DNA of 64,000 bases from Bdellovibrionales bacterium. Lineage in GTDB: Bacteria; Bdellovibrionota; Bdellovibrionia; Bdellovibrionales; UBA1609. The stretch's first letter is position 1; every line of letters starts with the position of its first letter. A program made the position numbers and the translations under genes. Below, piece by piece: positions 1 through 10,292 of the stretch. The stretch is taken from the NCBI GenBank assembly GCA_965199825.1, contig OZ241329.1, positions 2,240,001 to 2,304,000 of the forward strand, read 5' to 3'. The notes beneath the pieces were generated by a model that searched no databases, was not told the DNA's origin, and saw only the letters and a list, made by a program, of their open reading frames with translations.

Positions 1-1
1 G

Positions 2-1552
2 TTCATTGTTACTGCGCTCAAGCTCAGTGTTTAAAGTTGTTATGCGCTCCACGCGTTGCAAAACAATATCAATCACGGCACTGCGAAAATCTTTAAGAGC
101 ATTCATCTCAACTTCGCGCCACTGAAAAGACTTGAGCTGAACCGTCTCTTTCCAAACCTCAAAGGATTTTCTGGGATGAAGGGTTTGAGTGTCGCCCGCA
201 ACATGCCGATTGCCACCCCAGTTGACGGTATGAATTTTTTCGGCTCGAAACCATAAAAAATAATTGGCGTGGGCTTTTGAAATTGAAAACGCCGCAAGAC
301 CACAGGCCGAATCCTTGTAAGCTTCAGACCTCGGAAAAAGTTGAGACAGCGAGGTTGTCGAAAAAACCGGATCGCCGTCTTTATCCAACAGCCAATCAAT
401 CAAATCTTTAAGCTGTGAGTCCGAGGGTGTAAGGCCCATCAAATAAAATTTGCCACCAAAATAAATTGCTCCGCCAGTGGCATCGCCTAACTGCAGATAA
501 TCTTCCGGGTGACTGAGTAAACCCTCAATGAAATCTTCGTTTGAACTCATGCTGTGGATCAGGCGCGTCTGAATTTGAGCTAAACTTAATTTGTAGCTCG
601 TATCCACTTCGACTTCGTGCATAGGGAGAAGGGATGAAAAGGTTTCGGCCAAAAAATCACAAAGAGCTCGGACGTCAAAAGGCAAATACATCGAACCCGA
701 TTCATGATTACAGGAAATAAGTCCCCAGAGACGATTATTTTTGATCACCGCCATGCTCATTGAGGCTGTGGTGTTCATGTTGCGCATGTATTGAATGTGA
801 ACGGGCGAAACACTTCTTAATACCGCAAACGAGAGATCGATTTTTTGATCAGTACCAATGATCTGACTGACCTTTGAATCGGTGGTCGGTATAATTCTTA
901 AATGATTTGTTAAATAAAGATCACGCACTTGGGCAGGGATATCGGTTGAGGGGAAGTGCATATCTAAATAAGGATTTTGGATTGCTGCCGATTTTTCTTC
1001 GGCGAGCACATGGCCATTCCAATGCTCATCAAATTTGTAGATTAAGACGCGATCAAATCGGGTGATTCGCTGCACCTCTTTGACCGTGTGCGAATAAAGC
1101 TCTGCAATATTTTTGGCAGCCCTTAGGACTTGCACCGATTTCCGCGCTTGATGATAAAATCCGGCAAACTCAAATGGGTTTAAGACCTCTAAGGGCTCAA
1201 GCTCGAGAATCAGAATGTTGTTTTGTCGGTGAGCTATGCCGTCAAATGTGGATCGTGGGCCAAATTTCAAGGTGATCCGCATTGGATTGTGGCGCAAAAG
1301 ATCTTCATCATTTAATTTTTCTTTTAATGATTTAAAATCTTTTGGTTCCACCAAATCTTCAAGCTGAGTGCGGATCAGCGACTGTGACTCGATTCCCAAT
1401 AGGGGCTGTGCATTGTCTGATAAAAATAAAATTCTTAAATCTGGTTCTGAGAGTCCAAAAAGCAATCCATGGGGTTGAATCGAGCCTGGAGTACGGATCG
1501 GTTCTTTTTCACAATTAGAGAGATCATAAGTGTGGTGCAATTCTGATTTCAC
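2..1552 (-). CDS. bphP: Bacteriophytochrome (PAS-GAF-PHY), probably with a C-terminal histidine kinase; truncated by the window edge
   Basis: Not in the ORF track. Manual translation of segments in one frame from GTG 1552 gives DLSNCEKEPIRTPGSIQPHG (bilin-binding Cys14), HRQNNILILELEP, HFPSTDIPAQVR, LRSVSPVHIQY, PHY-tongue HPRKSFEVW and ELERSNNE at the edge (typical linker into HisKA). Confidence 0.93.
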   Translation of the reverse strand, partial: MKSELHHTYDLSNCEKEPIRTPGSIQPHGLLFGLSEPDLRILFLSDNAQPLLGIESQSLIRTQLEDLVEPKDFKSLKEKLNDEDLLRHNPMRITLKFGPRSTFDGIAHRQNNILILELEPLEVLNPFEFAGFYHQARKSVQVLRAAKNIAELYSHTVKEVQRITRFDRVLIYKFDEHWNGHVLAEEKSAAIQNPYLDMHFPSTDIPAQVRDLYLTNHLRIIPTTDSKVSQIIGTDQKIDLSFAVLRSVSPVHIQYMRNMNTTASMSMAVIKNNRLWGLISCNHESGSMYLPFDVRALCDFLAETFSSLLPMHEVEVDTSYKLSLAQIQTRLIHSMSSNEDFIEGLLSHPEDYLQLGDATGGAIYFGGKFYLMGLTPSDSQLKDLIDWLLDKDGDPVFSTTSLSQLFPRSEAYKDSACGLAAFSISKAHANYFLWFRAEKIHTVNWGGNRHVAGDTQTLHPRKSFEVWKETVQLKSFQWREVEMNALKDFRSAVIDIVLQRVERITTLNTELERSNNE

Positions 1553-1639
1553 AGCCCCAATGTTTAGCAGTTTTAAACAAACAAAGACAATGTTCTTGGC
1601 GCTTTGAGAGTTGTTCGACTAGGTTGGGGAATTCACTTT

Positions 1640-4600
1640 ATGACGATAAAACAAATTTTAGAGCTTAAAAATAATCAAAGCCCACCCGAGGCCGACTCTC
1701 GAGCTGCCCTGTGGCTTCAGCGTGAGGGCTTCACCCGATATGTGGGCGAGCTCACTCCCAATGACGGTTTGAGTTTTAAGTTTTTCTTTTATGCATCGCT
1801 ATTTAGCCGCGGATGGAATCTCAATGAAGAGAGCACTTTTGTGGTCAGTTTGCTTGAAGAAGAGCCTGGAGAAAACTTAAGAACCTCCTGCTCCCATTGC
1901 AAAAAAGAGTACTGCCATCACGTGGCGGCGGCCGAGATGTTTCTGACGCAAAACAGCGATGTCGAAGACATTCAGATTGTTCTTACGCGTCAGATTGAAA
2001 GAAAAAAAGAACGCCAAGCCGCCTTGGAAATTCTTAAAGACGTTCGATTATCGAAGTTTGTGCTCAAACTTGAAGAGCAGAGCTTTTTAGATCTTAAAAA
2101 ACCAGACCCACCAAAGCTCACCTATCATTTTAGTGATGGCAAAGTATTGAGCTCTTTTGAGGTGGCTCAGCACATTTATTCGGCGTTGGTGCCCCCAGAG
2201 CTTTTGCCAAAACGAAATGATTTTTTAAATGTGATTACACAAATCGAAAATTATTTAAACACGATCCAGTTTGAAGTTGAAACCATTGAGCCTGTAGCAA
2301 TAAACAAAATCAATTTTGGTCAGTTTGAGACTCACTTGTGGCAAAGAAGTTTTTATCTCGCAGCGGATCAAACGCCCGCAGTCCGCCTGGATCTGACCCC
2401 TTTGACTCAGTATTTTTATTCAGAAGATTTTTGTGTCGACTTAAAAAACGGAATTCTCACCCAAGTTCCTTGGGGGGATATTGTCGACACCGCCTACGAC
2501 AGTGCCGATGTGCAGTCTTCATTAGATATCCCGTTAAGTTTAATTATTGAGGGTGCAGAAAGTTTAGAGACTTTCTTTTATCATTTTCAAAAGTCAGTGC
2601 TCTCACGCTTTAAAATAAAAGACGACACCCCGCTACGACAGGTTGAATTTCAACCCCAGATTCATTTTCAAGATGATGGCTCACTTCAGTTTGCTCGAAG
2701 CTTTGAGGATCTTCAAATCTGGGGATTTTCACCTGAGGTGATGTATTTGCTTTATCAAGTGGACCGCGGTGTTGCGGCCCTCTTATTCGGCGAGGCTCAT
2801 GATCTGGCTTGTAGAACTAAGACCGATCGGCATTTTGAATTGCGGGCCTTTAAACACGCAGGCCTTGCCCAGTGGCTTTTGTTTGAAGCTTTAAATGCGG
2901 TTTTCTTTAAAAAACTTTCTGACGGTTCCGAAGCCCATGATGCAGAATCGGTTTTTTTGAGCCTCAAAGACCGCATCCCCACCTTGGTTGATCCAAAAGA
3001 GCGCGAGGGTCGATTAACCATAAAGGCCCAAAAACATTTCCTAGAAGCATTAAGATCGATATTTTTAATTCTTAAAACCAAAGATATCTATTCGCCTCAA
3101 GGACTTTTGCAATCTGAAACAGCTCTTTATCAAGAGCTCAGACTGATCCAATGTTTGCTTTCGCTCGTTTCGACCAAAAACTCAGGCGCACAGTTCTTAA
3201 AACCCCGCAGCTCGCTACAAAAAATTTTAAATCTGAATGAATTTTCGGATTACAAATTCAAAGCTCTTGATCACGGTTTTTTACTTCCACAAATGGAAGA
3301 TTCATCTCGGGCCGACAAAATTTTTGCACTTTCTGAATTATTAGAAAGTGGATTTCAGTTCTTTATTAATAATTCTCCCGTGGAGAGTTTAAGGCCTGAG
3401 GATTTTGTCTCGAATTTAAAAGTCGACGAGCAAAATATCGATTGGTTTGAACTTCATCCCGAATTCTTTTTAAAGGGTAAAAAAATCGAAGCCTCAGAGG
3501 CCGAAAATTTTTTGACTCAAGGAGTGGTGGAGTACCGCGGCACATATTATTTGTTACCGGTTAAAAAACTTCCGAGCCTTGAGCGGCTTGGCCGATTTTG
3601 GCAGCGCCTTCAGGGTCAAAATAGCAAGCGCTCAAATCTGTCGCAAAAAATATTTCAGCTGCCAAAAAATCAAGTGATGGAACTGTTGGCTCTTAGAAAT
3701 TCAGGAGTGGACATTCAAGGGGGCGAGCGCTTTCAGGCGGTTGTTGATTTTTTTGATTCACTCGATCAACCGCGAAAAGATTTTGAAATTCCTCAAAGCC
3801 TTCAATGCGAACTTAAAAGTTTTCAAAAAAAAGGGGTGCGTTGGCTTTACGATCTCTACACTCTTCGTTTGGGCGCATTGCTCGCCGATGAAATGGGACT
3901 TGGCAAAACGGTGCAGACCATCGCATTTTTGGAAAAACTGAGAGAAGAGGGTAAGCTGGGACAAGTGCTAATTGTGGTGCCCACCTCGATGACCTTTAAC
4001 TGGATGAGTGAGTGCAAAAAATTTGCTCCCGATCTTGCGGTCTCTAGCTTTGTGAAGTCCGAAAATCCTCAAGGTGTTTTGATTACCACTTACGGTCTTT
4101 TGACCGAACACCAAGAATATTTTAAAGACAAAAAATTTAATATTGTGATTTTTGACGAAGCCCAAAATTTAAAAAACATTGTGGCGCGCAGAACCACCGC
4201 CGCCCGAAGTTTAGAAGCGCAATTCAAAATTTGTCTTTCGGGAACTCCACTTGAAAATCATTTTGGCGAATTTTATTCTCTTATGGATTTGATTTTACCA
4301 GGCTCCCTCGGCACTTATGATTATTATCGTAAAACCTATATTAATCCGGCACAAATCGCGGCAGCCGAAATTGATTATCTCAAACTCAGAGTCAAGCCTC
4401 TGGTGTTGAGACGAACAAAGGCTGAGCTCCACTCAGAATTTCAGCTGCCCGAAAAAACTGAGAGCAAAGTTGTGCTCACATTTTCTAGTAAACAAAAAAA
4501 GATATATCGGGATATCGCACTTTCTTATAATCAAAAAATTCGCGAGGTGGTGGCCGAGCAGGGCGAGCGAAAATCTCAGCTCCAAATGCTCACGGCACTT

Positions 4601-5188
4601 TTGCGCCTCAGGCAAGTGTGCTCGGATCCTTCTGCCTTACCGGGGGTTCAGTACACCGAAATTCCGCCCAAAATTGGGCGCTTAGTCGAAGCCCTCCAAG
4701 AAATCACCGAGGCGGGTGAATGTGCGATTGTTTTTACCCAATTCTTACGAACGTTGGAGCGGGTAGAGGCCGAGCTTTTGAAACATAAAATTTCTGTTCT
4801 CACCCTCCATGGATCCATCGAAAGAAATAAGCGGCATATTATACTTCAAAATTTTGAAGATTTACCGGCGGGTGGAGTGTTGTTGATGACCCTCAAAACA
4901 GGAGGAGTGGGACTGAATTTAACTAAGGCCAATTACGTTTTTCACCTTGAGCCGTGGTGGAATCCGGCGGTGGAAAATCAGGCGACCGACCGGGTCCACC
5001 GTTTGGGTCAACAGCGCAGCGTGCAAGTTTATCGCTACATCATGCACGAATCGGTTGAAGAAAAAATTGAGCTGTTAAAGGCGCGTAAATCAGAAAGATT
5101 TAACGCGCTCTTTTCAGAAAATGAAGACGGCGTGGTTCAAAGTGCGGCTCATTTGAGTCAAAAAGATTTTGAGTTGCTTTTAACTTAA
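1640..5188 (+). CDS. SWIM-zinc-finger SNF2/SWI2 family helicase
   Basis: CSHC..YCHH SWIM-like motif; LADEMGLGKT, DEAQ, SGTPLEN, LRLRQ, GGVGLNL, PWWNPAVENQATDRVHRLGQ. ATG 1640 preferred over TTG 1604. Confidence 0.93.
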   Translation: MTIKQILELKNNQSPPEADSRAALWLQREGFTRYVGELTPNDGLSFKFFFYASLFSRGWNLNEESTFVVSLLEEEPGENLRTSCSHCKKEYCHHVAAAEMFLTQNSDVEDIQIVLTRQIERKKERQAALEILKDVRLSKFVLKLEEQSFLDLKKPDPPKLTYHFSDGKVLSSFEVAQHIYSALVPPELLPKRNDFLNVITQIENYLNTIQFEVETIEPVAINKINFGQFETHLWQRSFYLAADQTPAVRLDLTPLTQYFYSEDFCVDLKNGILTQVPWGDIVDTAYDSADVQSSLDIPLSLIIEGAESLETFFYHFQKSVLSRFKIKDDTPLRQVEFQPQIHFQDDGSLQFARSFEDLQIWGFSPEVMYLLYQVDRGVAALLFGEAHDLACRTKTDRHFELRAFKHAGLAQWLLFEALNAVFFKKLSDGSEAHDAESVFLSLKDRIPTLVDPKEREGRLTIKAQKHFLEALRSIFLILKTKDIYSPQGLLQSETALYQELRLIQCLLSLVSTKNSGAQFLKPRSSLQKILNLNEFSDYKFKALDHGFLLPQMEDSSRADKIFALSELLESGFQFFINNSPVESLRPEDFVSNLKVDEQNIDWFELHPEFFLKGKKIEASEAENFLTQGVVEYRGTYYLLPVKKLPSLERLGRFWQRLQGQNSKRSNLSQKIFQLPKNQVMELLALRNSGVDIQGGERFQAVVDFFDSLDQPRKDFEIPQSLQCELKSFQKKGVRWLYDLYTLRLGALLADEMGLGKTVQTIAFLEKLREEGKLGQVLIVVPTSMTFNWMSECKKFAPDLAVSSFVKSENPQGVLITTYGLLTEHQEYFKDKKFNIVIFDEAQNLKNIVARRTTAARSLEAQFKICLSGTPLENHFGEFYSLMDLILPGSLGTYDYYRKTYINPAQIAAAEIDYLKLRVKPLVLRRTKAELHSEFQLPEKTESKVVLTFSSKQKKIYRDIALSYNQKIREVVAEQGERKSQLQMLTALLRLRQVCSDPSALPGVQYTEIPPKIGRLVEALQEITEAGECAIVFTQFLRTLERVEAELLKHKISVLTLHGSIERNKRHIILQNFEDLPAGGVLLMTLKTGGVGLNLTKANYVFHLEPWWNPAVENQATDRVHRLGQQRSVQVYRYIMHESVEEKIELLKARKSERFNALFSENEDGVVQSAAHLSQKDFELLLT

Positions 5189-7149
5189 CCGCTTGTTTCA
5201 AAATCAGCAGGAGTGATTGTGCCTTTTGCTTTTTGCAACACATCACTGATCCGCCCAACCAATCGCCCACGCAATTTTTTGGGGTCAACTTCTTTGGGTT
5301 TTTTCATCAGCACTTGACCGACCACCGTTTGGGTCAGTTGCAATGTGCGAGTATGATAATCCTCAAGTCCTGCCCGATGCCCAATACTTAAAATTGCGGT
5401 ACCGTTGAGTTCTTCGGTAAAAATCGACATCATCCGGTGCTGATTTTCATCATCAAGCGCACTGGTGGCTTCATCCAAGAAAACCCATTTTGGTTTATGC
5501 AACAAGAGGCGACCAAATGCCAATCTCTGTTGTTGACCGAGACTCATCAATTTATCCCAACGTGCAGTCTCATCAAGCATCGGAATAAACGATTCCAAAT
5601 TTACCCGGCGAAGGCACGTCTTCATCAGTTCACGATCCCACTCTTGAGCCGATCGAGGATAAGACAAAGCTTGGGCAAAAGTTCCAATTGGCATGTAGGG
5701 GCGTTGAGGTAAAAACATCATCTCCGCTTTTGGCGGAATTTTGATTTCTCCAGAACCCCATGGCCAAAGACCGCCCACCGCACGCAGCAGGGTGCTCTTA
5801 CCAGATCCTGATTCTCCAGTGAGCAAAACGCGCTCGCCCGGTAGAATTTCGGCTGTGGCATCGGCAATCACCACTTTGCCATCCATCAAACTGATCGAGG
5901 TCTTTTCAAAAGCCAAACAGCCTTTTTCATTGGCGGTGAGCGAAATGGTTTCGGGTTGATTTTCATACTCATCAACCGTCGTAACCGCCTCACGGAACAC
6001 AATCACCCGGTGAAGGGCTGAGCGCCAGTCGGCGATTCGCGGAAAGTTTTCGACAAACCATCTTAAAGAATATTGCACCTGGTTGAATGCGCCAACAACC
6101 ATCATCAGCGCACCAAAATCGAGCTTGCCTTGAAGGTATCCGGGCATTGCCACAAGAACGGGGAGAATCACAACCATCCAACCATGGCCACAGGTAATCC
6201 AAGTCAGTCGCGCATTTGCAAACGACAGGGTCTTCATGGTTTTAAGCACCTGACCCAAAGCCCCATTGATGATTTTGCGCTCATCTTTCTCGCCAGAATA
6301 AAACGCGATACTTTCTGCAGAATCACTGACCCGAACAAGCGAGTAGCGCAAATTCGCTTCATTGGTGTAGCGCTGTTCATTGAGCGCAATCAGAGGCACA
6401 CCAAATTTTGCGGTCAACCACGAGCCTAAAGCGGCATACAAAATGGCAAACCAAACCATGTATCCCGGAATTTGGAGATGATGACCTAAGACATCAAAAC
6501 CAATCCCACGCGAGAGCACCCACAAGACACCAACAAAACTCACCAGCATCAATGCCGATTTGGCCAAACCAATTCCGAGATCGCCCGACATTTCGCTTAA
6601 GTTTTTAACATCTTCTTGAATCCGTTGATCGGGATTGAGAGATTCTTCCGAGGTCATATTGAGGCGGTAAGCACAGCCTGGCTTCATCCACTCATCGAGT
6701 AAGCTATTGGCAAGCCACTCCCGCAAACGAATCTTAAAAATTTCGACAAGCCAATTTTGGAAAATCACAAAGCAGAGCAATATGGCAATAATCCCAACAA
6801 ACAATAAAGCTTGATGACCGATGCCGCCTAAATTTTTGTGTTCGAGCTCGCGATAAAAAGATCCTTGCCATTCGTTCATTCGGATTTCGCCAAGAACATT
6901 GATGACCAAAACCGCCATCGCAGCATAAACAATAAACCAAACTCTGCGCGATTTTTTGGATTTTCGCATTTGTCTAAACAAAGTGAGCAACTCATAGCCC
7001 ACCGAAAATTTGGGATTTTTGCGCTGCTGCGCTAAGAGGGCCTCGGCAGGGGGTCTCTCGATTGTTCCTTCAACTGCTTTGACAACGTCTTCGATTGAGC
7101 TGACGTCGCCGGCTTTGGCCGTGAATGAAATTGCTTTGTTACGTGGCAT
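5185..7149 (-). CDS. ABC transporter permease/ATPase, YddA / SbmA-BacA-like (ABCD-type)
   Basis: NPDQRIQED, EANLRYSLVRV..SAESIAFY, GESGSGKS, FLPQRPY, SLGQQQR, LDEATS. Confidence 0.88.
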   Translation of the reverse strand: MPRNKAISFTAKAGDVSSIEDVVKAVEGTIERPPAEALLAQQRKNPKFSVGYELLTLFRQMRKSKKSRRVWFIVYAAMAVLVINVLGEIRMNEWQGSFYRELEHKNLGGIGHQALLFVGIIAILLCFVIFQNWLVEIFKIRLREWLANSLLDEWMKPGCAYRLNMTSEESLNPDQRIQEDVKNLSEMSGDLGIGLAKSALMLVSFVGVLWVLSRGIGFDVLGHHLQIPGYMVWFAILYAALGSWLTAKFGVPLIALNEQRYTNEANLRYSLVRVSDSAESIAFYSGEKDERKIINGALGQVLKTMKTLSFANARLTWITCGHGWMVVILPVLVAMPGYLQGKLDFGALMMVVGAFNQVQYSLRWFVENFPRIADWRSALHRVIVFREAVTTVDEYENQPETISLTANEKGCLAFEKTSISLMDGKVVIADATAEILPGERVLLTGESGSGKSTLLRAVGGLWPWGSGEIKIPPKAEMMFLPQRPYMPIGTFAQALSYPRSAQEWDRELMKTCLRRVNLESFIPMLDETARWDKLMSLGQQQRLAFGRLLLHKPKWVFLDEATSALDDENQHRMMSIFTEELNGTAILSIGHRAGLEDYHTRTLQLTQTVVGQVLMKKPKEVDPKKLRGRLVGRISDVLQKAKGTITPADFETSG

Positions 7150-8899
7150 GAACGGCTCCTAAATTTCGCGTCGGGGTCAGCTCGCCTGCGCGAACTAAAT
7201 CTGCGAATAAACCATTTTTATTTTTAAGTTCATCAAAAGTTCCGCTTTCGATAATGCGGCCCTTTTCAAACACCAAGATCTGATCCGCGGTGATCACCGT
7301 AGACAAACGATGGGCAATGATAAAAGTGGTTTTTTGTTGCGCCCGCAAGTTTGCGATGGCGTTTTGAATTCGTTTTTCGGTTTGGTTATCAAGTGCACTT
7401 GTGGCTTCGTCAAAGATCAAGAGCGGAGCATTTTTTAAAATGGCGCGAGCAATCGCCACGCGCTGTTTTTCACCACCCGAAAGGGCCGCTCCGCGCTCAC
7501 CAATAATAAAATTGTAGCCGTTAGGTTTGGCGCTAATAAATTCATGAGCATCGGCCTGGCGTGCGGCATCTTCCACTTCTTGATCAGTTGCCGAGGGTCT
7601 CCCCACACGAATATTTTCGGAAATTGAGCGGTTAAATAATCCAGATTCTTGAAACACGGTTGCCACCAAATGACGAAGGCTCGACATTGTAAAATGCCTA
7701 ACATCTTCACCATCAATTGTGATTGAGCCTGATTGCGGATCAAACAATCTTTGTAGGAGTGCAAGAGTGGTGGTTTTACCCGAACCCGAAGCTCCAACAA
7801 GCGCAATTGTTTGGCCTGCTTTGGCCGCAAAGTTGAGATTTTCAACCCCGTAGTTGCTATTTTTGTAGTGAAACGTGACATCTTTAAATTCGACCTCGCC
7901 TCGCACGGACGAAAAAGTTCGGGCATTTGGCGAATCTTCGGTGACACCGCTTTGATCGAGCAAATTAAAAAAAGTTTGAAGAGCAGGTGCTTGCGTCATC
8001 GAGCGCGAAACAAATCCAGAGATTTGTTCAAGGCGTGAAATCAACAAAAGCGAAAAGCTTGCGAACGCGACGACTTCGCCAACGCTGAGCTCTTTTTTCA
8101 TTACAAGCCATGATCCCAATGCCAAAATCGCAACCATGGTGAGAGTCGCCGAGATGCGGGTAATCACCGAGAGAATTCCCCACCATGTGAGAATGGGATA
8201 TTGCGCACTTAAAACTTGAGCTTCGATATTCTGCAGGGCTTTGACCTCTTCTAAAAATCGGGTGTAACTCTGAACAACGGTGACGTTTCCAATCACATCG
8301 CCCACTCGAGCAAATAAATTTTGGTGATAACGCTCGACTTGCTCTTGCCGGTGGTGAGTTTTTTTAACGATCGTAAAGTTGGCAACCAAGTAAATAATAG
8401 CCAAAAAGAACAGCAACCCTGCCATCCTCAAATCCATTGTGAGGGCCACTGGCACCAAGAACGCGATCCCAATAATCGAGGCCAATTGTTCGCGAATCAG
8501 AGCAAGCCAAAATGTAAAAAGCTGATCGGTGCCCTTTAAAATGGCATGGACCACCCGGCCCGAGCCCTGCTCGGTGTGATAGCTCACGGGGAGGGCAATC
8601 ACCCGCTCAAACACCTGATCAAGCGTATTGAGCCTTTGGCGATGGGCCAAACGGTCGCTCATCACAGCCATAAACACACTCGAGATGATGTTTAAAACCC
8701 CAATAAGGCCCCATAAAACAAGCACCTTCTGGACGCCATTTTGGGTTGAGAGCTTGTCGATCACTTGACCAAACAAGACGGGTTCGAAAATTTGGATCAC
8801 ACCCACACAAACGCAGGAGATCACCAAAAAAATGACGAGAAGCTTTTCGTCGCTCCATAAGATATTGAGCGAACGAACGTATGTGCTGAAATATTTCAT
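7139..8899 (-). CDS. ndvA: ABC exporter resembling the cyclic beta-1,2-glucan exporter NdvA/ChvA
   Basis: EPVLFG, SDRLAHRQRL, TDQLFTFWL, GNVTVVQSY, AQYPILTWW, GASGSGKT, VFQESGLFNRSI and LSGGEKQR match NdvA as I recall it. Confidence 0.75.
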   Translation of the reverse strand: MKYFSTYVRSLNILWSDEKLLVIFLVISCVCVGVIQIFEPVLFGQVIDKLSTQNGVQKVLVLWGLIGVLNIISSVFMAVMSDRLAHRQRLNTLDQVFERVIALPVSYHTEQGSGRVVHAILKGTDQLFTFWLALIREQLASIIGIAFLVPVALTMDLRMAGLLFFLAIIYLVANFTIVKKTHHRQEQVERYHQNLFARVGDVIGNVTVVQSYTRFLEEVKALQNIEAQVLSAQYPILTWWGILSVITRISATLTMVAILALGSWLVMKKELSVGEVVAFASFSLLLISRLEQISGFVSRSMTQAPALQTFFNLLDQSGVTEDSPNARTFSSVRGEVEFKDVTFHYKNSNYGVENLNFAAKAGQTIALVGASGSGKTTTLALLQRLFDPQSGSITIDGEDVRHFTMSSLRHLVATVFQESGLFNRSISENIRVGRPSATDQEVEDAARQADAHEFISAKPNGYNFIIGERGAALSGGEKQRVAIARAILKNAPLLIFDEATSALDNQTEKRIQNAIANLRAQQKTTFIIAHRLSTVITADQILVFEKGRIIESGTFDELKNKNGLFADLVRAGELTPTRNLGAVHAT

Positions 8900-8950
8900 A
8901 TTGTCGATTTCCCTCGTTCAATCCGACTGACTCAATCAGATTGGTTCAAT

Positions 8951-8966
8951 TACAAAAAGCTTGCCA
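8951..8966 (-). promoter_or_regulatory. Sigma54-type -24/-12 promoter upstream of the ndvA-like operon
   Basis: TGGCAAGCTTTTTGTA (GG-N10-GT), ~50 nt upstream of the ATG. Confidence 0.5.
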
Positions 8967-9014
8967 ACGTGAAGTAGTTTTTAACAGGTTTACTCTGAGA
9001 TCAAGAGAGGAAAT

Positions 9015-9605
9015 TCAGTTCGTGCTTGCCCCATCAATTTGAGTCAACAAATTTCCGCGAATAGACTCTAACCTAAGGGTCACAAGTTGGGAGTGGATCG
9101 GAGTGCGCGAGAGCACAAACGCTTTGCCATTCGGCTTTAACATGCGCTCGATCGTTTTTGTGAGATCGATCAAAGTCGAGTCGATAAAAAATCGACATCG
9201 ATTTTTAAATAAATTTTTTGAGAGTTTGCCCGTTCCGATTTCAAAGAATGGCGGATTGCAAACAATGAGATCATACTTTTTGCTTTCAAGATCTTTATAA
9301 TTTCCGAGCAAAAAACGAGTGGGTGCTGAAACAAAAGAGGCATTAATTTTAAAATGCGGTTGGTAAATTTCCTGCACTTCAACAAAGTCGGCGATTAGGG
9401 GCATTTCGCGTTTGGCCTGTTGACAGTGATAGAGGAAATCGAGCCCAACAATCCCACAGCCTGAGCACAAGTCGAGCATCGAATAATTTTTCAAATCAAG
9501 GTCTTGATCAAACACTCGTCGCGCCAAAAAAACCGAATCGTGTGAAAAACGATACTCCTCGGGTTGAGAATATTGAAAGGTGTAAAACGGATTGATTGAG
9601 CTCAA
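9015..9605 (-). CDS. SAM-dependent N6-adenine-type methyltransferase (YfiC/TrmN6-like)
   Basis: YRFSHDSVFL, LDLCSGCGIVG, NPPFF. Confidence 0.75.
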   Translation of the reverse strand: MSSINPFYTFQYSQPEEYRFSHDSVFLARRVFDQDLDLKNYSMLDLCSGCGIVGLDFLYHCQQAKREMPLIADFVEVQEIYQPHFKINASFVSAPTRFLLGNYKDLESKKYDLIVCNPPFFEIGTGKLSKNLFKNRCRFFIDSTLIDLTKTIERMLKPNGKAFVLSRTPIHSQLVTLRLESIRGNLLTQIDGASTN

Positions 9606-9692
9606 GAAGTTGTCATAACAAAAAAAACTGAATTAGCCATTGGTCAAACATCCCCAATCTGATATTTGTGTTTTTTTTCGAAAGGACCTTTT

Positions 9693-10292
9693 ATGAATAA
9701 ATTTTTTTTGAGCATTAGTTTTTTGATCTTATCGTCATGTGTGTCGACCGAGCTCGATCGGGCGCGAGCGAGCAATCCCGAGTTTTTAAAAGAAGAAAGC
9801 TCAACGCGACTGTCATTAAGAAAAGCCGATACCGAACTCACTCGTTATTATTTTAAAAAAGATAATAAATTTCCCGATTCGGCAACCGCCATGCCGCTGT
9901 CTGGCGCTTTATTGACCGAGTTGCTTCAAGACCAAACCCCTCAAGCGGTTCCCGAAACTTTGCAAAAATTTGCGCAACATAAGTCTTGTTTCTATCTCTA
10001 TGTGGCGGGTCAGGGTCCGGCTGGACGCTTTTTGAATTATGAAGTGAGCATGGGCAACAAAGCAGGCGAACTCAAAACCATGAGTACGGTTTCAAATTAC
10101 GCGCTCGAAGAAATTTTGAACCAAAAGTTTCCTGCGTCTACTGGCCTTCGAGCAGCGCGCAGTATTGCGGGTGAAGGCCTTTATCAGAGAAAGATTTTTT
10201 GTGGCGAAAAAATTGATTTTTCAAAACCATTTAGTGTTGAGATGAAACCTACTTTTGAAAATGGATCGAAGGTCGTTTTTGAGTGGCTGTAA
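9693..10292 (+). CDS. Hypothetical lipoprotein
   Basis: MNKFFLSISFLILSSC lipobox; AAGGA SD upstream of ATG 9693. Confidence 0.7.
   Translation: MNKFFLSISFLILSSCVSTELDRARASNPEFLKEESSTRLSLRKADTELTRYYFKKDNKFPDSATAMPLSGALLTELLQDQTPQAVPETLQKFAQHKSCFYLYVAGQGPAGRFLNYEVSMGNKAGELKTMSTVSNYALEEILNQKFPASTGLRAARSIAGEGLYQRKIFCGEKIDFSKPFSVEMKPTFENGSKVVFEWL

Noticed and set aside
56..399. Short ORFs 56..256 (+) and 103..399 (-)
   Set aside because: They are shadow frames of the bacteriophytochrome CDS.
1640..9605. SNF2 helicase plus methyltransferase as a defence island
   Set aside because: They are on opposite strands and separated by ABC genes, no nuclease is present, and both fit common housekeeping families.
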